A DNA stretch of 64,000 bases from Octopus sinensis. Taxonomy: Eukaryota. Below are positions 56,705 to 64,000 of the stretch, piece after piece (position 1 is the first letter of the stretch; each line of letters opens with the position of its first letter). The notes under the pieces are model-generated. The model saw nothing but the letters and a program-made list of their open reading frames with translations. It did not search any database and was not told the origin of the DNA. The stretch covers positions 43,214,001 to 43,278,000 of the forward strand of contig NC_043008.1 of the NCBI RefSeq assembly GCF_006345805.1. Reading direction: 5' to 3'. Made by a program: the position numbers and the translations under genes.

Positions 56705-56911
56705 CGCTAGGGTGACTGTGTGGTAAGTGGTTTGCTTACCAGCTATATGGTTCTGGGTTCAGTCCCACTGCGTGGCATCTTGGGCAAGTGTCTTCTACTA
56801 TAGCTTCAGATCGACCAAAGCTTTAGGAGTGGATTTGGTAGGCGGAAAGTGAAAGAAGTCTGTCATATATATATATGTGTGTGTGTATGCGTGTGTGTGT
56901 GTCTGTGTGAA

Positions 56912-56946
<35 letters not shown>

Positions 56947-57110
56947 CTATGCTTGTCCCACCCCATCATTGCTTGACAACCGGTCAAGCGTTTCGACAAA
57001 AGAGACCGATAGAATAAGTACTATGCTTACAAAGAATAAGTCCTGGGGTCGATTTGTTCGATTAAAAATGATGCTCCAGCGTGGTCAGTCAAATAAGTAA
57101 AACGAATAAA
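56703..57110 (+). mobile_element. SINE family C, full length
   Basis: Head GTGACTGTGTGGTAAG...GGGTTCAGTCCCACTGCGTGGCATCTTGGGCAAG, internal (AT)(GT), tail ATGCTCCAGC... Confidence 0.88.
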
Positions 57111-57194
57111 AAAATATGTATATATATATATATATATACATGCATATATGTGCATTTTGCCCGGCCTGTTAACACTTCTGTCAACTCACCTACC

Positions 57195-57418
57195 TAATAA
57201 TAATCCTTTCTACTATAGGCACAAAGCCGCCTGAAGTTTTGTGGGATGAGCATGAGTCGATTACATCGATCCAAGTACTCGAGTGGTATTTATTTTATCG
57301 ACCCCGAAAGGATGAGAGCCAAAGTCGATCTCGGTGGAATTTGAACTCAGAGCACAAAGACGGACAAAATGCCGCGAAGCATTTCGCCCCGCGTGTTAAC
57401 TCTTCTGTCAGCTCACCA
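57195..57418 (-). mobile_element. SINE family A
   Basis: Reverse match to the family consensus in this window. Confidence 0.85.
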
Positions 57419-58318
57419 ACTTTTACAATAATGGCAATAATAATAAATAATCACGCCTTCATAGACACCTTTGATAATAACAATTCGAGTAATTGTCTCA
57501 ATGCGTTTCATTATCTAAATAATACTTCTCGCGGTTTTATTATTATTTTTTTTTTCGCTTTGCTGTAGTTTAGAGTAAATTTGCTACAACAACGCATACC
57601 CGAAGTGAAATATGAACTGACATCTTTTGAAACAAATGGCTAATATAAATTCTGTCATTCCAAAACATTGGTTCAAAAACGTTATCAGTTCAATCAATTC
57701 TTCATAATAAAAGCATTTCAATGCATAACTTTGAGCAGCACACAATTCCATTGTTTGTGGCCATTATAATTCCACTCACAATTTCTCTAAATTCTGCTGA
57801 AGATAACGCAATCCTTTGAAGATTAGTTGAGAAAGCGATGGACAACCAACGAATTATCCTTAACTTTCAGATAAATCTTATTTCAGATATACAAAAACGG
57901 TAAGGATAATGGTTATGATTTTTAAAAAAATATTTCTCTCTCTTTTAATTTCTGTCTCGTCTCTTTATTATAAATCCGTTTCGTTTTATGCAATCATCGA
58001 TGATTCTTCGGTTTTTCTTCTCATGATAAATTTTTATGTCTTTTATCAGCAAACTTCTCGACTTCTCCTCAATTTTCAACATACCTTCAACAGAATATTT
58101 TATATTCTCTGTCTTAAATACATAAACACAAAAACAAAAGACAAAAAAAAAACCCAAGTCCAGTTTATTTCTACCGCAATAAGTTGTTTTAAAGTCTGAC
58201 AAAAAAGAAAATTATGTTGAAGATAAATAAATTTAAAAGACAAAAAAAGTATATTCTCATTCAGATTCACATTTATGCCACGTTTATAATAATAATAATG
58301 ATAATAATAATAATAATC

Positions 58319-58347
<29 letters not shown>

Positions 58348-58352
<5 letters not shown>

Positions 58353-58797
58353 TTCTGCTCAATACCACAGATTTGCTTGTCAGTTGTTTGGCCTTAACCA
58401 GTTGAGCATGTCCCTTAGTGGCTGACGATATGTGCATCTCTGATCACGAGCAGAAGTAGTGGGGGAGCATCATAGCCATGTGTTGAGAGGGATTCTTTGG
58501 GGTTTGAATAGTTCACCTCTGGAAACATGGGTGGTTCTTTCAACATCCTTAAACAACCCTTATTCAGGGACCGTTTGAGCGGGATGGGCTACTCAACCTG
58601 AAGAAAATTCTAACTGGGCCCCACCTGCAAGGTCATGTGCTGTTTATCTTGATATGAGATCACCATGTCGCGCACATATGGTTGTGATGCATGTGCCTTT
58701 GTACCTTTATCAGACGGGTAGTCATGATGGGTATATTGGGCTTCGTATATTTTACCCCAGTGTCACTTTGATGGCATGAACTGCTCTCTCACTCAAT
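58348..58797. mobile_element. Unclassified 450-bp element embedded in (AAT)n on both sides
   Basis: Complex sequence bounded by (AAT)n; overlaps in sequence with 3770-3919; no ORF. Confidence 0.75.
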
Positions 58798-59300
58798 ATA
58801 ATAATAATAATAATAATAATACCAAGTAAAGTTATGCCGGAGGATGGAAAAGAAACGATACTTTGAGACTATGATTTTCAGACGGATCGTATAATCGAAC
58901 ACCATCGTCCGGATATTGACGTATTGAACATGAAACAGACGAAATGACTGATTGTATTTTGTTTATTTCTGTATTTAAAATGTTATTTTAAATTTTTAGT
59001 TCGTCCCCTCTTGTATTGGATACCGTTTTTCATCCTGTTCTTGTAAATTTGTCTTTCATATTTCACCTTTGCTCTGCAGCCCTTTTGTTGAAATTTTCTA
59101 GTTTCTGTATCACTTGGAGCCGATGTGGCTAAGAAAGAAAAATGGGTGGAAATCAGTCGTGCATTGCGTTCCTCCGGGATCGATAAAGTACTGAAGATGG
59201 TGGAACCGACTAACACATTCCCTCAAAAATGCTTGCCTTATGACTAATTCTAAAACTATTATTAGTCTTCCCCTCATCTGATGCTCCTGCGATAAATGAA

Positions 59301-59365
<65 letters not shown>

Positions 59366-59368
59366 TAA

Positions 59369-59422
<54 letters not shown>

Positions 59423-59499
59423 TTATTGCGTTTGTACAGCTTCTAACGCTGGAGATGTACTACGGTTCCAACTGTTTACTACCAGTGAACTAAGGTATT

Positions 59500-59665
59500 T
59501 CATTCGATCTTATGTTCTGAGTTCAAATTCCGCCGATGTCGACTTTGCCTTTCATCCTTTCGAGGTCGACAAAAATAAGTACCAGTTGTGTACTGGGGTC
59601 GTTGTAATCGACCTACACCTCCCCCAGAATTACTAGCCTTTTGCCAAAATTTGAAATCATAATCA
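59500..59665 (+). mobile_element. SINE family A, 5' truncated
   Basis: TTCTGAGTTCAAATTCCGCCG...GTCGACTTTGCC...CTGGGGTCG. Confidence 0.85.
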
Positions 59666-60589
59666 TCATCATTATTATTGAAGTTGAGGACAAAATTGGT
59701 TTAGCGAACAAATAAGAAGTTTACCTTACCAAATGATGTTTAGGTTGAAACTGATAAAGGGGGGCCGCAGAAGGAGGGGTGTCGTTGGTGGGGGAGGTGG
59801 CGGGTGTAAACTTTTGTAGGTGGTGGTGGTGTTGGTGGTGGTGGTGGTGGTGGTGGTGGAATAAAATAAACATACGGGACATAGAAGAACGCAGAAGAAA
59901 GAAGATGAAGACGGAATGAAAGCATCTAATGCTACAATAGTAATACAAGAAGTCTAAGAACGGAACCAGAACCAGAATGACAAGAAGAAGAAGAAATATA
60001 AAGTAAAACAACAAAACACTCAACAAAACTGGAGTTGATTTCTTGTTTCATTAAAGCAGACGATCAACGATTTCGCAAGTTAATGTTTGAAATGGCTGCA
60101 AGAAAAATGTCGAATGGAGTTTAATTAAATTTCTAGACTATTCTTACATTGAGAACACATTTCGTATTATGGGTTGTTTAGTATTGGTAGATTGGTTAAC
60201 TCACATGTAGTGTGTGTGTGTGTGTGAGAGTGTGTGTGGTGTGTGTGTGTGATGGAGAGAGGAGGTAGCTGCGACGGTATAGGAGTGGTGTTGGTGGTGA
60301 TGGTAACGATGGTGCTGGTGTTCATGATGATGATGATACTGGTGGTGGTGGTGGTGGCGGTTAGACTATTGTGGACTGTTTTGGTAAGAGATGATTCAGG
60401 CGAGTAGAATGGGGTAGATAAAGATATGGGAGGGGGTTATAATAATAATAATAATAAGAAGAAGAAGAAGAAGAAGGGGAGGAGGAGAAGGAAAAAGGGG
60501 AAGAAAAAATAAGAGTAAATTATCATGAAGCAAAAGTACAGAAATATTCATTTTCTCGGCTCACACACACACACAGACTGACACACACG

Positions 60590-60620
<31 letters not shown>

Positions 60621-61576
60621 GAAGAGAATATAAATGTGTATATGTGATGGTAAATATATACATATGTGTGTGTATGTATGTATGTATGTATATATATGTA
60701 TGTATGCGTGTATCTTACTACATATATATATATAATTTATATATATATATATGATATATATGTATATACAATATATATATATGTGTGTGTATATGTATAT
60801 ATATATGTCCCTATATATATATGTGTGTGTATATATATATATGTACATATGTATATATATATATATATATACATATACATATGTATGTATGTATGTATGT
60901 ATGTATGTTAAGATGGCGAACCACCAATATGAAAGACAACAATAGCTAAATAGCTCCTCCAGGAATAGAGACAAAAACGGAAGCTGAGATTTTAGCTGGC
61001 CATAATCAATGATTAGTCGCCGAATGCAAGAACCAAAAATACAATGTTAGACACGAGACTGTCATCAATTTGTGATAATTAAATCAGTGCAGAGTGTAAT
61101 AATCAGACACTTAATTTTCCGTTGTCCAGTTTTTCTTCATGTCAGAAGACTCGGGCGGGAGGGCAGTCGTATCTATTTCGGCGAGAATTAGGCAAACCAA
61201 GGAGAGAACAATCCGTCCTTGCCTTAACCGCAGGAGAAAGAAGCAGAAAATTACACAGCAAGACGAGCGTCTGCTCAACAAGGTCCTTCTTCACTCGTCG
61301 TCCCCTCTGGAACAATTCCGACACCGGCTTCCAGTGAGAAAAGAAGGGCGGGCCTCTACGCACGGCTCCTCATCTCTGTTTCCCCGCTTCACTCGCGTTC
61401 ACAGCTCGTAACATGACGTCTATAAAGCACACTATATGCTTCCAACAAAAATACAGAAAGCAAACGGTGGGAATCCGCACCGAGGATCTAAAATTCAGAG
61501 AGTGAGAACCACACAACCATGAAACTTTAAATAACTGTTAGAATGGTCAGATTATCAACGCAAACCAGTTTTATAG

Positions 61577-61709
<133 letters not shown>

Positions 61710-61753
61710 TGTGTGCGTGTGTGTGTGTGTGTGAGTGTGTATGTATATATATA

Positions 61754-62345
61754 TTTGTAGTTTCAGCTCGGAGCTGGAGCGCCGCCGTTTTCCTACACCG
61801 TTATTACTGAGATCCTCCTCTAATATGTGACACTTGGTGTAGAATGGCGTTTGATGTAGTTACCCTTCTTTGCACCTCTTGAAGTAGGTTCGTCTGGGAC
61901 TCTCGACAGGAAGAGATCCTGCCTTGATTTGAAAACGCCTACATCTACTTTGTGCAGGTTCCTCAGGCTCTTTGGGAGAATATTAAAAAGCTGTGAGTCC
62001 CTGAAACCCAGGGTGTTGCAATAACTGGTTCTGAAGTGCGATGGCATTTCTGGGATTTTTGGCACTGTGCAGTGTCGACCCGTTCTGGCAATGGTGTAGC
62101 TTTCAATAACAAAATTTGGCACATTTCCTTCTAGGATCTTCCAGATGTATATTACTGCACACCTCTCCCGCCTTCGCTCCAGAGAGTAGAGTCTTGGGTG
62201 TTTCAGCCTTTCCCAGTAGCTTAGCTGTTACAAAGAGACGATCCTCTTTGTGAAGCTTCAAGGTCCGCTGTTAATTTCATACTGCTGGGTGACCATTGCT
62301 GGGAGCAGTAATCCAGGTGGCTGAGGTATTTTAACTGACATTGAA
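61754..62345 (-). mobile_element. CR1/L2-group LINE, 5'-truncated 3' end (ORF2 C-terminus plus short tail)
   Basis: SHLDYCSQQWSP...LEASQR / LSYWERLKHPRLYSLERRRER..IYIWKILEGNVPN...RTGRHC...LFNILPKSLRNL...FKSRQDLFLSRVPDEP. Confidence 0.9.
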
Positions 62346-62400
62346 TAATTACATACACACACGTACAAACAGAAACTCTTTTTCTCTCTCTCCCTCTCAC

Positions 62401-62436
<36 letters not shown>

Positions 62437-62589
62437 TAGGACTAGTAAATATATCGTATGAGGAATGGTATATTTCATTACATTTGATAGTTTGAAAATT
62501 GCTGTGGTATTGATTATAGCTAAAGGCTTCATTGTAGAAATGAATAATTAAATTCATGTAAATTTATACAAGAGGGTCATAATAGCCAG

Positions 62590-62840
62590 GTATACAGAAT
62601 TTCACCGAAAACATTTTTGTTGCAGGAAAATTCACCGTAAGAAAAAATAAACTGTAAAAAAAAAAAATAATAATAATGAAATAATGAAATAAATAAATAA
62701 AAGACTAGCTGTTTTCTGAAAATGGCAACTTCATTAATTAACCTACCAATTAAAGAAAGGTAATTTCTTTTAAACGAGTTAACTAGTTTACGGTGAAATT
62801 TCCCTCGGCAAAATAGTTTATGACGAATTTTCAGGACATT
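62590..62840. mobile_element. Unclassified MITE-like element with inverted subterminal AAATT(T)CACCGTAA motifs
   Basis: AAATTCACCGTAA at about 62628 and TTACGGTGAAATTT at about 62788. Confidence 0.55.
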
Positions 62841-64000
62841 ATGGTATTCCTGTGTTATTGCAAAAGTTGAATTTAACTCACATTGAATACATTTACGGTG
62901 GAGTCAATTTAGAATTTCCTTCGTAAAGAAAATCAATAAGATCTTTCTTTGCTATAATATGCTCTCTTTGACAGTTTTAACTGCGAGGCCTAATTCCGGA
63001 AAATTCAGAAAAATCTATCAAAGAATAACCACCAGCACCTACAAAAAGAAACTACTTATTCCTGAAGAATGGTGAAACGTTAAAATCTAGATCCATTTGA
63101 AAATATTAGGAAACTTGGTGCGTTAGGGAATTATTCCAGAAGTCTTCTTCGATTAGTCCAAATAGAAATCTTTCAGTACAGATCCGTTTCGATTATATTA
63201 CAAACATCCTCATAATTTCATTTTAAAGTAGGGTAGATGTTATTTAGGGTAAATCCACCCAGTTACTGAGTCGGTAGCTGCACAAAATACCTGAACGTTT
63301 TTACTTACGTCTTGAGTCCACATTCGTTTCTGGTCCATTGAGCTTTTCACTCATCAGGGGTTGATAAATAAGTAGCAGTCAAGAATTTATATAATTTATA
63401 GAATCGATTTTAAACGCCAAAATGTAAGTCCTTTTGTTAATGCTAAATACCAATATGTTAGAACTACACACACACACAAATTTATTTCTCTGTCTGTCTG
63501 TCTGTCTCTGTCTCTGTCTCTCTCTATCTATCTATCTGTCTGTCTGTCTGTCTGTCTGTCCATATATGGAGTAGTTAAAGCAGTTGTGCAGATTTGCTGT
63601 TATTCTCATTTAACTCTAGGACGGCGCAGAGATTACTTACGAGAGGGACGGACCCAGCTGTAAACTACAAATTACGTCATAACCCAGAGTCCGTATCCCT
63701 TTTTCCTCTAACGCTAAGATATAATTTGAGGGTCATTGGCTGCTATTTTTATGAAGTGAAGCCTTAACGTCGGCGTCCCAACTTCTTCATAACCCCTTAT
63801 AACCCCTTCTATAAAGGCAGAATTCAAATACATGAGAACGGCTCAACAAAGATTTAGCAACCACCTCACAAAACGGACATGTTTAGTAGTGGTAGTAGTG
63901 GTGGTGGTGGTGGTAGTGGTGGTGGTGGTAGTGATGGTGGTGGTAGTAGTGGTTGTTATTGTTATTTTTGTAAAATTGTGATGACAATAAAGGGTTTTCA

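Noticed and set aside
59152-59196. MGGNQSC myristoylation-like start
   Set aside because: Stops after 14 codons with no usable donor.
62950-63200. Possible LINE RT remnant (IPEEW)
   Set aside because: A single short motif amid many stops; insufficient support.

Overview
AT-rich animal genomic DNA that looks intronic or intergenic. It is packed with microsatellites and tRNA-headed SINEs whose sequences I recognise as octopus-type (coleoid cephalopod); this organism call comes from memory of these repeat families, not from a database search. No host gene can be identified with confidence, and almost all ORFs in the track are translated microsatellites. Supported content: at least four interspersed repeat families (SINEs A, B, C and an old repeat D), two decayed mariner copies, a Tc1/mariner MITE, hAT-type MITE ends, and remnants of CR1/L2-group, CRE/R2-type, Penelope-like and Gypsy elements. 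The most unusual observations are: (i) short fold-back inverted repeats anchored on (AT)n tracts, two of them essentially perfect; (ii) two mariner copies that share about 130-155 bp of flank beyond the TIR; (iii) an inverted pair of a GC-rich cassette 18 kb apart; (iv) a LINE 3' end resembling the SINE C tail; (v) several weak + strand exon candidates. I cannot confirm a novel biological system from the sequence alone. Repeat boundaries are approximate (about +/-10-20 bp) unless stated as exact.
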